Part shown: positions 37,250 to 51,190 of the stretch, piece by piece
Position numbering within the stretch: position 1 is the stretch's first letter
Layout: every line of letters starts with the position of its first letter
NCBI GenBank assembly: GCA_965285935.1
Contig: OZ260664.1
Span: forward strand, 53,444,001-53,508,000
From: Ophelia neglecta
Lineage: Eukaryota
Direction of reading: 5' to 3'
DNA length: 64,000 bases
Position numbers and translations under genes: made by a program
Notes under the pieces: model-generated
The model's input: the letters and a program-made list of their open reading frames with translations, nothing else
Told to the model about the DNA's origin: nothing
The model's database searches: none

Positions 37250-39680
37250 TTTAGAATTTAATCATCAGTGGCTACCATGAGACAACAAAACTCTCCATTA
37301 GAAAGACCTATCTTCCTAGTGTACTCTGATGGAGAAGATTTAAAAAATGGAGTCCATTTTGTCCTTGTCCAGATCGTGCAGCTTTTACTGTTAACACACA
37401 ATAAAATATCACCGACATTACTCTAACCAAGTCTTAGGTAGCCACATATATGGGACAGCACGCACACCTAAACACTCCATACGAATGTTTCCCTTTTTGT
37501 ATTGTTTGTTGGGTCGTACGGCTGGTTTGCAGTGGGCTGGTCCTCAGTTACAGATTTCCCTATGGCCGGCTCCAGCTGCTGATCGCTGCCCACTGGCTCC
37601 TTGTGGGAGTGGGTGATATGGTGGTGTATATTGCTTTACATTTCCCCTGATCAGTGTCATTTGTCGAACCATCTCCAAAAGGCTCCTGTAAAAACTCTGG
37701 TATGAAGGTTGGTGAGGTTTTCGGTGGCGATCCAATAGTAATGGTCCGCTAAGTTGGCATAATATGTTATTGTGACCTTTAACAGGCCATGGGCCCGCTG
37801 TTTCTTTTTGTCGATAACCTCTGTCGGTCCTTGGGCCTGATGAGATATTTTATGACGACTATGAATCTGACATTGACATGTGGACTGCGAAATAGCTTTC
37901 ATGCCAGTCGTGGCGTTGTTTATGTATATTCCGTGCCATTCGTTTGTCGGGCTGGAATTAAGGGCAGTGTATTGTTAAATATACCATTGATGATTCCTGA
38001 CCTACCAATTATGACGGTTGTAGCGCAGATAGTGGTATGTTTCTTCTCTCCTTCCGCGAGCATTCATTCAACTCTGTTCCAGGTTTCCTGTTTTTGTATA
38101 GGGTATAATAATTACACCGCTTTCATTTAAATTGTACCTTTATTCTCTTATTCGTGTGATAATTCATTTCCGTCTCATTCTGTTGCATTTGTGGCTTTAT
38201 GAATTCCTTGTGTGAAAAAAAAACCCTCCTTTCAGTATCAACTTTTTTTTGCTCTGTTGATTCCATACCAATTTGCTTCCTGTTGGTTTTTATCAGCTTT
38301 CCAGCTATTTTTTCTTCTCATTTGTGTCAAATTAGAGAGCATGTTTTTTATCTACATAGCATGCCAGAATGATGGACAGGCTTTCGGCAACTTCCTTTAC
38401 TTAGTTCCGAGTTGATAATTAAGGTTGAGCCCCTTTTTTTCGCAAGACACTTCCTGAGATTTCCAATGTTGGATTTTAGCCAATAATTGAAACAAATTGA
38501 CATGGTCGGGATCCAAGCTCTTTGTCGACCATATAAATTCTCGGATAAGGCTCCAGGATGTCACGCCTTCGGATTATACATTAGACAAGTGTCTATAATT
38601 TGGATCCCAGTTAGATTTAGGAATAAATCAAAGGTATGTATTGTATTGTGATAAGTTTCTGACTCCAGACTATTTATACCAGCATGTCTGAGAACATCAG
38701 GATTTTCCATTTCTAGGAGATCGTTCATCTTTGCTTTTATATCCGAAGTGTCTCCACCTATGAATATTGCAGGGTTTATATACAGTAGGTCTCCTCATGT
38801 GTCTGAATCATACCGGAAATGTCAGTCTTACAGTAGAGTCAGTAGCCAGCTGCGGCTCTCTTGTTATTCGTTCCTTATTTGGCACTGGTTTTGAATTTTT
38901 GAGCAGTTTCTCTCTAATGACCGCCAATGTTTTCCTACCAGATTTTTCATTTCCATTTTATACAAGAAGATGAGGGTCATTTTCCGGTTTGAAGAGTAAC
39001 ATTTATCACGTTTGATTATAGTATTCTTCGTTTGACCTTAATAATATAGATTTCCTCTAGTACTGAAGTTTCCTCTGTTTCCCAGTGCTTGTCACAGAGT
39101 GCACCACACTGTCGTGTCCGTTGCTGTTTACGTTCAACATCTCCCTTACGTGTTCAGCTTCATCACTGAGCTTGAAGTGTTTGGGTTTCTTGTTAAGGTA
39201 TTGTTGTTCTGCTGACTTGAACGTTTTCTTACACTTGGACGTTTAACTGCATCGGGGAAAATGAGGATTTCCTTTCTCCAAAAAAGAACAATCTTCTTTA
39301 TTGGTATTGTTAATTGTTGTTTTCCTCCACTTAACTTTTGAATTGTTTCTGCTATGTTTTTCTCTAGTATTTTCATCCCTTCACTATTCTTTGTTTTACA
39401 CCATACGAATTATGATGCGTTTCTTGTAGAACTTTTTTCGTGGTGTATCTACTATATTTTCTTTATATCAACAAGTGGTATTTCTGGCGATGCTCATTTG
39501 TCAATATTGGGATTTAAGTATTCATGAGTTTTTTTGTTCGGGAGTATCTATCTCGCTAATTGGAGCTAAGAGGATTGGCGACCACCAATGGTTTGCCAGT
39601 GGGGAATAATTCCAATTCTTTTTCACTTGTTAGCGCATATGGAATATATAGACTCGTAGCAAGACGTTAGTACTGACTCT
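37250..39680 (-). mobile_element. Heavily decayed Penelope-like retroelement
   Basis: Colinear relic motifs on the minus strand: K*KRIGIIP, FIPKSNWDP, FQLLAKIQ (FYLLPKIH-like), VAESLSIIL...DTN, HKEFIK, IINGIF (YIDDIF-like), NLTNLHTR. Boundaries approximate. Confidence 0.55.
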
Positions 39681-42600
39681 AAACGAAAATGCGGCGTGAC
39701 AAGGGGTTTCCAGAAATGTGTAGTGTCATTGCACTAAAGGTCTCTATGGACCGATGTATGCCCACATTTTTAAAGATACTATGTTAACATTAGATAAACA
39801 AGTTTTACAGCTAAGCGGCAATAGGCTTAAATCTTGGTTGTCATTTGTATGTAGTCAAGGTGTTATCGTGTTTTCTTGTTTACAGTTAATAAGTGCAATA
39901 ACCTGATACTTGATTCCGCCCGGAAATAGCAATTCTTGCTAATTAACTGTATTTATTTCTTTCCAAAAGCTAGAAACCCACAAGGCCGAAAACGGATGTC
40001 ACTGAAAGCTGGCTTCTCCCTGGACATTGTGCGTGGCAAAGCAAATTGCCCGGCTCAATTCCAATGTAAATGTATTGGGCCTTTACTTCATTTTAAAAAC
40101 GTCATATTGCTCCTCATAAAATATCTAAGGCAATACCGTCCAATAATTATGTGCTTGGCACAAGACTCAAAGCCCTTACTAAAACTATTGTGCAACGGTC
40201 AATGCGGGATTTTATATTATTATGCGACAAGAGCAATGTTAATACAATCGGCGATCTCGCAGCATTGACCTATCTCTGGACGCACAACAATTCTGAATGC
40301 TGCATGGACCGCTGCACAACGGTGGCAACGTTTTCATAAAGTCGTTGGTTTCAATAGTTATTGCCTGTACCCTATCAACTCACGAATTCATCAGGAAGAC
40401 CACATTTTGTTGATGAATTGTAGCAATTAAAACATAAATATTGTTGTTTTAAAATTGCCTTTTAAATTGGGACACCTAATTATCAATTTGAACACCCGCA
40501 TTTAATATGGAACTACCCTAATATAAAAATCAATCATTCATCAATTCGTTAAGTCCCCTGGATTATACCAGATACCAAAATTTTGTATATAGAACGGCTT
40601 CTTTGGTCCAGTTTTTATAAATCAAAGTGCTGAAGACACTGTCCTTTCTGCTCACTGGATTGGTCGACACAGAGTAAGGCAGACAGTTGCCCTAACTGTT
40701 CACCTTGTGAATGGCTGAAAAAAACTTGCTTTCTAGGCTTGTACCACTTTCTGCAGTGTAGCACTGCCAACATCTAAGAGCGCTCGTAGACAGTTGGGGA
40801 GTATTGTCTCAGGTTTCCACCTGTGGAGTGTACATACCGTTATCAATACAGCTAATTATTCGACATGACAATAATACTTTCGACTCCTTTATCCTTGATA
40901 TATAACCGACTCTCGGGTGTCTATTTACAGCCCACGACCTCTAACCTCGTGCATTACTTCATGAACACTGACTATGTCCAGTGACAAGCGCAGCATAGAT
41001 TAGAGAGTCAAATGATGTAATAATGGTGTCTGCTAAAATAACGATAAGTAAGCGGTTAAAAGTTCACACAGGACATGAATCTGACTTAATACATATGTAA
41101 AAACAATATGAAACACTTAATTATTACCCTTTAACTATATCCAGGGTATGGATCATTTTTTGGAAGCCCGCCTCAGGGTTGGACTTCCCATCGCACAAAC
41201 CAAACCACAATATATCTTTGGAGCTCTGCCTTACCCCTGATTGGAATGTAAATCACTACTCATTCAGCTTGATGTAGGAAAGCCACAGAAGCGTTGGCTA
41301 CTATGTTGAACGCTGTGTCAGATGATCGTAAGACACCTACAGTGAATGAAGGAGGGAGTTCGAGGCCAACAAACATCTCTTAATGCCATTAGGACGTTAT
41401 TACATAATACATTCACTGTATTAGGGACAGTGTCCACCCTACATAAAATAAGAATGCCGCTTCAATTAAACAGGGCCCCCTGCCGGAATTTACTCTAACC
41501 CGGCTAATTTATATACGCACTCACCCCAACTGATACAGGAGCAGTATTAGCCTAATTTAGGCAGTCTGTATACATTATATACTATATGTGAGTCATCAGA
41601 AAAAAATCAGCTGACGCTGAGATGGTCGCTCTAATGGTGCAAAGTATCGTTCAATATAAATTGTATAACCATTCCCCTTTGCTCTCAATTGTGAAAATCC
41701 CCACGATTAGCACTTGGACTCTTCCAGTCGTGCACAATCTCATGATTTCATTTGGTGAAAGAGACTGGTCCACAGCCCCTGTAGGCCTATAAATGACATG
41801 TTTTCATGTGCTTTCGCTTATCAATCATTAGATCACAACTGAAATTCAACTTTTTCTCCATTTGCTAGTTATATTTTAAACTTTCGTTTCGTCATGAGTA
41901 CTCAAAAGCTAATTTTTCTGTTATTATTCGGTTGGTAACACACACTTGGTGCATCAGACTTCTGGTTTCTTTCACTTGAAATCTATTATTCTTTTCAACA
42001 AAGTTAGTCACAGCAACTAATCTTTTGCCAGTATAGTAATCACCTGGAGAGGGTTGGTAAACATAATCTTTTTGACTTCAAACATTATTTTCTTTGCTCG
42101 CCTGAGCAAAAGTAATGTTCGTGTCTGTGGGTGTAGGTGTATGTCTGTGAACAAAACAACTGAAAAACTACTTGTCCGAGTTTTATCAAATTGGTGAGAA
42201 TGTAGTGACCAGTGAGTCATTCAATCAATTAAGGTGTGTCCGATGTACTTTCAAATACCAGAGACTGAACCATATGAAAAATTCAAATGCTCGTTTCTAA
42301 CCGGTTTATGGTCCGATTTCAAAAAGGAAGAAACCAAATATATGGTCAGTTAGGGTACTTTCAGTCGAAAAACTAAGGCTTAACCTATTGTTTAGAAGAT
42401 AGTCACTGCGCCATTTTGTTAACCTCAAAAGCTTATATTTCGGCTGTTTATTGTCCGATTTGAAAAAGAAAAACCCTCTATAGCAAGTCAGGAGTACAAT
42501 TGATCGATACATGAAATACATGAATAGCATGAGTTCCATATATGATTGGTCATGGTGTAAGCTAGACCACTTTTAATGCTCATGTCTCAACTGATAGTAC

Positions 42601-42892
42601 AAAATGTTATAACGCTACGTTCAGCAAGTATCAACCTTTCCGATTGGATACACCTTTCATTATTCGATGTTTATATTAATCGATTCTCGAATGCAATTGG
42701 TCTAATGAACGTAACTACATAGCAGCTGTGCCTGTCAGTTACTTTCCTGATTTCCATGAAATTTCCCTTTGGCGTATTGGCCAATTAATGTTATTTCTCT
42801 CGAGGGAACTGTAGTGCATATACTTGCAGAATATAGACCTGCGTAAGCGAACACGAAATCTCTGCCGACGAGGGGTGGACGGGGAGCTCCTA

Positions 42893-43320
42893 CCCCAGAT
42901 AACCACAACCAATCAGGCAGAGACGCTGGCCCGAGGTAGTGCCAAATATCGGAACGATGTGGTGATCAAGGCATCGGCGAGACCTCACTTTGACCGGCGA
43001 CATGATGCATACATTTATGACGTCGTATTGCAGTTTAATTCGACTTATCTTCGGCCGTCAATATTGGACAGTATACATATTTATATCATAGGTAACCAAT
43101 CTGATGAATATAGGTTCAATGAAGACTTATACGCGTCAAATAACGGGCTGGTGAATTGCATTTTATGTATCGGGCTAACATTAAGACGATGTTGGCCCGA
43201 CTCCTATGCGATGGCATCGGGCCTACATTGTTAAAGTGATAATAAATGACATCGGCCCAATGTAAGTTGTTAAAATGACAGCGACGAGTCTACATCGTGC
43301 CGATCTTTAACCAATATGGG
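42893..43320. mobile_element. Possible CACTA/EnSpm-like (CCCAG-terminal) non-autonomous element
   Basis: Starts CCCCAGATAACCAC; multiple subterminal motifs in both orientations (catcggccc, atcgggcc, gttggcccga). Confidence 0.35.
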
Positions 43321-46300
43321 ACTTTTGGAATTATAAAGTCTCATTATCATGTACTTGTTTCTTGGCCACAACTCGCTGCTAAAAGAGAAATGCAATATTC
43401 CGCGGTAATATACCTTTTCTGAATTATGTTGAATGCTTCTTCGTGTAACAAATTTACTGTGACGACACAAGTCGGGTTCTACCTCCGGATGTCTGAGGTA
43501 TAGGAGAAAGACGGATAACTCGTCATTCTTGCTTGGAGGCTGAATTGAAGCTTTAGAAATATTGAGTTACGAATCCTTTTACCTACTTGAGTCCTCCCCA
43601 AGCATAAGGTATGTCGACTCAGTGTTAGGAATGCTGTTCCGAAATAACACAACCTAGAAGAAGGGACTTACGTCACAGTTGGATTTTAATAGCAAGTAAT
43701 GCAGAGTAAAGGATAAGAGAAAATATATATACATAAGAAGGAATTACCTATATTATAGTAAGGAATCACAAGCGATATAACTGCCTACCGGCCTCATAAT
43801 TCTGGCATATCTGTCCGCCTCTAGACCACACGCGGATGAATTTGCAGTTACCGAAACACCCAATAATGATAAATGATAGATCTACACTCACACTCTTTTC
43901 TGCAAACAGTCTGCATTTCAAATAAGGCAGATCCTAAAACACACCCTTGGGCGATGCCGTATTCTATGTGTTAGAATGGGAAAAACTTTGTTTAAAATAA
44001 TCCCCGTAACCACTACACAAGTCTTATTCTTTCTACTTTACGAATTGTACAGCTGTTTCCGTTATGTACTTAAACTAATCCAGTGGTATGATGGAGAAAT
44101 GACATTATCGGTAAGCATTGAGTCTACTTCCGACGATATAAAATATATATTGTTTGTGTGTATTAAGTAGTATAAAACTGCGACACCCGGAAAGCGAGGC
44201 AGATAAGAAAGCAATTGAAAGGGATGTATAGTCTAGAGAGCGATTTGCTACATTTTAACATGAGTGAAAACTGTGTCTTGTATGGCCAAACCGGATCTGA
44301 TAAACACATTGGCAGCTAGTGGCCCACGCATATATGATGCATGTCCTTTCATCGAATTTCTTCTTTTCATAACCTCACTACCCATGCAAAAAAGTACAAG
44401 CACCAGCTTTAACTTGATGTTCATACTGAAAAGATGTTTCCTATTTTTAAATGTGAGACGCACAAATAAGCAGATTATACACCCGAGTTGCATTGTTTAT
44501 CATCTCAGGTGACTGGAAGGAAGCTGTGCTCAAACGAGATAAAAGGAAATCCCGAAGCAGGTGTTGATAGGTCGGGGCGGATAATACAATTCTCTCAAAT
44601 GGGATTATTTATGGGCCTTCAAACAAAAACTTACTGTGTGGTAGCGCAAATCACACCTAATGGGTTTGTCTGGTCGTATATTGCAATGCAGCTAAAGCTT
44701 GGCTTGCAGAAAGTTCGAAACATTTTACTGTTGAAGCCAATGTCAATAGACGTTTCAGGAGCAGGCACTTCAATTTTATGGGAATTTGGTTTCTCGTTTC
44801 ACTGACATTTGTTTTTCCTTCAGCACATATCAAACATACTATATCCTATAATATTTGCTTTAGTAGACGTATATATACACTACATTTATATTTTTAATTC
44901 ATCAATTCAACTATTCATTTATCAAATTACATTTTTCTGAAATCACCTGTCAGCCGACGCTGTTCTTTTCAGAAGGGGGGGGGGGGGGGTCAGTTACAAA
45001 TGAAAGCAGAAAACACATTAAAACAAAACATAAGGTTAATAACAAATTGAATAAGACTTTCAACACCAATAATTTCTGCATGTGTGCTATGTTTGTGAAC
45101 GAATGATAAAGAAGAGTATGTTTGAAGAAACGAGTAGATTTTATAATGGGGAAATATGCTTGTAGTTTATATTTATTTGTCAATCATTAAACATGGCACT
45201 ATACTTATTTCAGCATGTTTTAGGTTACAGTGCATGGTGCAAATTGGTACCTTTAAAGCAAAATATATTGTGCATATCAAAAACGTCGTATTTTACAAAT
45301 AGCAGTTGAGATATGAGTTTTAATGGTGAGCGTTGTACTTTAATAAAATTTGATGAAAATCTGTAGTCATATTATTCATAACTCCATGGGCATAATCTGT
45401 GTTGTCTTTTCCATTTTTTTTTTGTTGCTTTTTAAATAAAACTTGTTGTCTATAAAAGTTCCAAGAAATTAAAAACACTTAGCGTCACCTGTCATTGAAG
45501 CATTTTGATTGGTTGTATTGGGCATATAAGTTTTTCATATGGTACGGACTCGGTCGAAGACCTTCCAAAACACTCGGCGAGCTCGAACTCAATCTCCAAT
45601 TTTGTTATTTCAAACCAATACGATAAGTAGCACGTTGGCAGGCAGTATAGTCTGTGTCTGTGTGGTTACCAAGGCAAATCCCTTTCTTTTAGCATAGCAT
45701 CCAGCCTATCCTAATGACCCAGTCAATCACAGACTAATTCGTGTCCGGGTGGATATCTGAATCCAGACCCTTTATAGGACCTCTATTGCCATATAATTCC
45801 AAGGATGCCATGATCCAGTGTATTACATGATTCGACGAGGTCAATGAAGATCGATGAGATATGTGTTTGGTCCGTTGCAGATGTAATTATACTTATATGG
45901 TTTGCTTGCTCAATAGAGTAACCATTTCGGAAACGAATTAAAATATGTATAGAATTTTGTCTTTTTGTTAAGGCCTTGAAAAATTATTTGTATATAACTC
46001 ACTCGAAACATAGGATGAAAGACAAAAATTAAATTGGTTTGCTGTTGCCAAAACACTGCTTATCCCATATTCCCATCCAGTTGAATATGCTGCAAAGAGA
46101 ATTTGCAATTTTTTTTTTATTATGGCAACCAAAGGACATGGCAGAAGGTAGTGTCATTTCGACCCTGAATGAGAGAAAGGAAATCATAAGTTATTTCCAC
46201 ACAGAACTTAAGACCCATCTCTTCAAAATGCATCCGGTAACATCCAACAACATGCGGGTTGGCTCCGACTTTTCATCTCATCGTCGGCAAATAATTGATG

Positions 46301-49300
46301 AATGTCGCACAATGCTAAAGAGGAACGAAATTGTCCCGCGTCTTATCACGCCACCTGTCCTAAAGGACTTGATTTACGCCACCAGTTTTTTCTAATGGGG
46401 AAAACGTAAAATCGCTTTCCGGGCGGCGATTTAAAATAGAAACGAAAAAAGAGAAAGAACAATATGATTTTACGGATGCTCTTGTCGTTGGATAAAGTGT
46501 GGCGCTGATTGCGATAACCCTGGTTCCCACGCTCATCTACGACCGTTATTTAAACTGAAAAACCATTTCTAGCTGACAATGGTAGGGTCAAATGGGGCAA
46601 GAGAGATATTATGGGAGCCCAAGAGGTTCCCATTCTTTCAGACAAGTTAATACAATTAATTAATAATGTGACCAATAAAATTGTTCTTTCCAATGGGCCT
46701 GCTAACTCTTCCTCATTACATCTAGCACTAATTAGTTTTATGAGGTTATTTGAAATAAATTAAGGGAAAATAATGAGCCCTTAAAACACCTGGCTAACCC
46801 AGTATTGAGCTTCTTGAAAATTAATGATATTTTTTATATATCAAAAGAAGTTTTTTTAAATTTCTGGGACGCCCGCTCGCCTTCCTTTCTAAGACAACAT
46901 CGGTAAAATGTCAAGTCTTTGTAACACCATCGTTTAAAGGATTTCTTGCCTGATCCCAGACATAGTTGAAAGACGATAGAGGCAGACCTTTCCTTCGTAA
47001 CCCACCCCTCCTCCGCTGCATTACCTGATTATATTGATGGCGGTACTGCGGAACACGGCTAGTCAAGCGAAAAATCTGACCGGTATAAATAAACAACCAG
47101 ATGACATAAACAGGTAAATGCTTGCTAAGACTAAGCCGTAGATCAGTGTAAAAAGTTTTACGATGTAGCCATAAAATGTCCTCAGCCATCAAAAGTGTCC
47201 ACATACTGTTTGAATAATTAAAAGTACGTGATACTTGCAAAAATTCACCCCTTGACAGCATAAGTGTCATAAATATTGGGTGCCAGATATTTAGTGTTTA
47301 AGCGTTAACAATTGTCATGGGTGAGTCTTGGTCAGTTAGCCCCTAGGCGGGCCGTGCAATCGACTTGAAAATTACAGGAAATACAGATGATATATTTGCA
47401 AATATCGCACCGATGTTTTTTTGAAAATCTTTGGAGAACTTATTAATAATTCTGGTAAAAAATGACAAGTTTTACAACTGAAAGATCCTTATAGGCAAGG
47501 TAAAGAAATTGGTGCCGTGTGCGGAAGTATTTCTTCCATTGAAATCCAGGATTTTCTACTTTATGGCCTTTTCCAATACTTTGCCCGGCGTGCCACAGAA
47601 CACTGGGGTCCACATGCACTTTACATGGAGGGGCTGTAGAATCCGGTGTTTTCGCTCATAAAAAATACAATCATGCGTATTAATTCTTAAGTAATGTCCG
47701 GTGTCTAATGACTTTTCTGCGAGACAGGAGCCCCAGCCCTTGAACCCCTGCCACCGGTGTGAGTCGAATTAATTCGAATACAACAAAGGTGCTCTGCCTG
47801 TGGCGATATATTACTGACAGGACACACACAAATCTGATGAAAAATTATACCGTGTTATGTTATTGCGATAATTCTATTTCCTACTAAAATCAGGTCATCC
47901 ATTCCAAGAACTAGGACGCTGACTGCAAATCGCCCAGTTCACGTGTGCCGATTCAAAGCCAATGGGAGATTTTCCTTTAAACAAGTTTCCGTCAATATAA
48001 TAACGTTGTATTATGTTCAGAGATGTTTTTAAGTGCATCTGTACCACCGTCATATTGTAGCTAATGTTGCAGGGAAATCAAATTTGCATCAGCAAAACGG
48101 TCGCTTGTAACAGGTTGCTGTCGCGTATCTGTCAAACATCGTCGCCTAGCATATTCTGTATGTTATACTTGTATGGAACGCATCAAAGCAAATAGCAGGT
48201 ATTATTTTAGGAATTGCAGTCTCAGAAACATATTTAAAAGCAAAGTAAAGCCAAACAAAATAGCGCATGGACAATTCTGAGAAGTGGTGCGCGCGTAGTG
48301 GGAAATTAATTTCGGTGCGCAGTCATTACAGGTGATGTAAGCGTGCTGACGCTTAGCCTAACTAATAACTTTTCTTTGTGCCCAATTTTGCCAGACAGCT
48401 GATAGTCGCATTAAAAAATATGTACATCGGAACTGGGTACATCTGACTCGAGAAACAGAGTGGATTATTGGTAAGGGCCACAAATGTTGGAAAACGATGC
48501 AGGGATACCTATATTCCGGCAATTTGCATCGGCTTAATGCCACACATCTCATCAAATTTGACAGACATTTTCTGATTACGGCCCGATTCAAATCTCTAGT
48601 TAATGGTAAACCAGTAATATTTAATCTTAAGCAGGAGATAATGAGCAGCGGTGAAGGAGGCAGCTATGGCCTCAGATGGATTCTCTGGTAAGCCACTTGT
48701 CATGAAAGCTTAACCGACGAGATGCATGTTGGTCCGGATGGCGGTGTTCATTATTTAAACAGCCGTCAGTGCGGACGCCCATCACACGAAATATTGAAGC
48801 ATGTGTGCTAACCTCGTTTGGGGGTGGGCGGGGGAGGGGTTTCGGTGTCTCACAACTGTTTGAAAGCTACCCAAATATCTCCCAATTTCCAAAAATGTTG
48901 CATATACTTCAATTGTGCTGCCTATGGCCCTGTATTGAGGCTATGAATTGAGGCCCCACCTACAGATGTTGAAAACAACAGTCACTGATTTTCCTTCCCG
49001 AGACACACACGGAAGAGCTTTCGTTAATCACATGCTTGGATGAAGTCAATTCGCCAGTAGATTGGTATCTGAAAGTCACTGTTTGCTGGACGATTGACAT
49101 CCCATAGCCCCTCGGTTGTATGCATGCCTTTTGTCTCCGACAGTCAAAAACTTAGAGGACTTCTTCCCAAAACGTTGAAATCATGAAGTGACTATTCTTA
49201 ACTACCACTTTAAAACAAAATGCAGAAATTATATTGAGGGGATTCTCTCTGGACAGAGGATGGAAGAACAACAGGGCGTGCTCGTCATTTTACTCCCCAG

Positions 49301-49857
49301 ATAGTCCTATAGGCCTAAGTAAAAAAATCAATCATATACTGCGTGAAGATATAGGCCTATAAGAAAAAATGCGTCAACGTGCAAAAATGGTCTCGAGGGA
49401 CTTGGAAAAATCGCTCGGATGCCTCGATCGGCGAGCTTACACAGGTATGCCGCACCGAAAAATACCATAGATACATTTCTGCTACCTGTCGCCACAACAA
49501 TGAAACTCGTATATGCACTGAAAAAAAGACACTTGTTTCCCCAGTGCTTAGCTATAATCTACGATGAAATTCAAAGAGCTTCTCACCAAGGCGAGAGTGT
49601 ATTAGTTTATAGCAATGGCCAAGAAAATTTCCTGATTAGAGTGGACAGTTCAAAGGAACATTTGACGCCAGGGTCTTCGCTCCCATCAATTTATATACGT
49701 ATGCCTTAACCAACCTGGGCTGAACTCGGAAAAAATACACTTTGACCAATTCATATAAAAGTATGGTAGACCAACTTTTATTTGTCTTCAGAATAATCCA
49801 AGGACACCAAAAAGCCCTTTGATGACAATATATACAGGCTGCCGTATAATTGTCCGT

Positions 49858-49958
49858 ACTTGCATTGCCGACATCTCGCTGTAATACTAATAATGTATTA
49901 GTACATTAGGCATAGTAATACATTATTAGTATTACTACGAGATGTTGGCGCTGAAAGT
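49858..49958. repeat. ~100-bp palindromic (foldback) element
   Basis: 34-bp arms gccgacatctcgctgtaatactaataatgtatta / taatacattattagtattactacgagatgttggc around a 15-nt spacer. Confidence 0.85.
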
Positions 49959-50849
49959 TATGTTATAAAACTCATGAAGAGGCGGCTAAACGCCGGTTCT
50001 GCTGTTTATTCTCTGATTGCAATCACCAGATCAAACGAGAAGCTCCTGTGAATTGTTCAGTCAGGAAGTTCGCCGTGTTGAGAAAATCTAAGTGAAGTGA
50101 AACTGAAAGGAAATCTATTTAATAATCCATCATTCTAAGTCACTGATGCTCAAACATAGCCTAAAGTTGTGAAAGTAAGTTAACTCGGTGGCAGATAAAC
50201 TAAATGTCATTACAACCGCGCAAATATAGTACAGGGCCAAGACTCGTTTATAAGATGAAGATTTTCCCCGAGCAAAGCCCCAAAATAAATTTGCGCCCCG
50301 CCAACTGTCAAAATCCATGGGCACGTTTTCGAGACGATGCATTAACTACAGTCCATGTATCCTGGTACAAGTATGAGGTCCTACGTATTCTTTGGTACCG
50401 GTGACGGGCAAGACTGTCGTAACGTGCATACATGTTAATCATGCAATCAACTTTGCATGAGGCTAATAAAATTTACCGCAAATTTTGGCAGTTTTTTAAG
50501 TAGCACCGAAAACACAATATCGGGATGTGTTCTCTGTAAAACCAAGATGCCACAACTGCAATTTCCTTGGCTTTACAGTTAATACATCATTGTGAACGTT
50601 TTTTTTCTTTTTTGTTTAACAGCCAACCGAGTAATAACTAATTTTTTTAGCTTCATACCGGATCCCTTGAAAAGCCATATACACGTTAAACAGCCTTGCC
50701 CGTTGCCGGTTTCAATAGCACGTTTGACCTTCGACTTGCGTCTGGCTTCGTTAATACATCGTCTCCATACCCCTTCCTTGGACAGCCACCTAACTGTTAC
50801 ATGTAGAGAGCATCCCCACAGACTGCCTGCACACACGTGGTGAATCATT

Positions 50850-51190
50850 CCGTGCTCATGCCGTGCTGGCCGGGCCATGGTGGCCAGGTCTGTAGACGCA
50901 GGTTAATCCGTCCAGAACACCGCGGCTCTAGTCTGAGTATGTGGGTCACCGGCCATTGTCAGATTGTGAACCTGTCCTACATGCTCCACAAACAACCCTA
51001 TAGCGGCCGGGCGACGGCCACTTTTTCTCCTTTCTCCGCCTATTTACTCTTCTCCCTTTCTGCCGAGATAGTTAGTCAGATGATGGACATTGCGAGTCAC
51101 CCCTGGTCATATGCATATAGAGGAAGTTCTATCCTGCAGGCTCGGGGGCGACCTGCGCGGCAGGCCTCACTCGACTCGGACCACGATGTG
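50850..51190 (+). mobile_element. Possible decayed tyrosine recombinase (Ngaro/DIRS/Crypton-like) fragment
   Basis: GC-rich island with RPLF followed by SCRLGATCAAG (HSFRIGAAT-like box), across frameshifts. Confidence 0.3.

Noticed and set aside
37250-37300. CTGATGA near the Penelope-like 3' end as a hammerhead ribozyme
   Set aside because: No GAAA core or flanking stems could be found.
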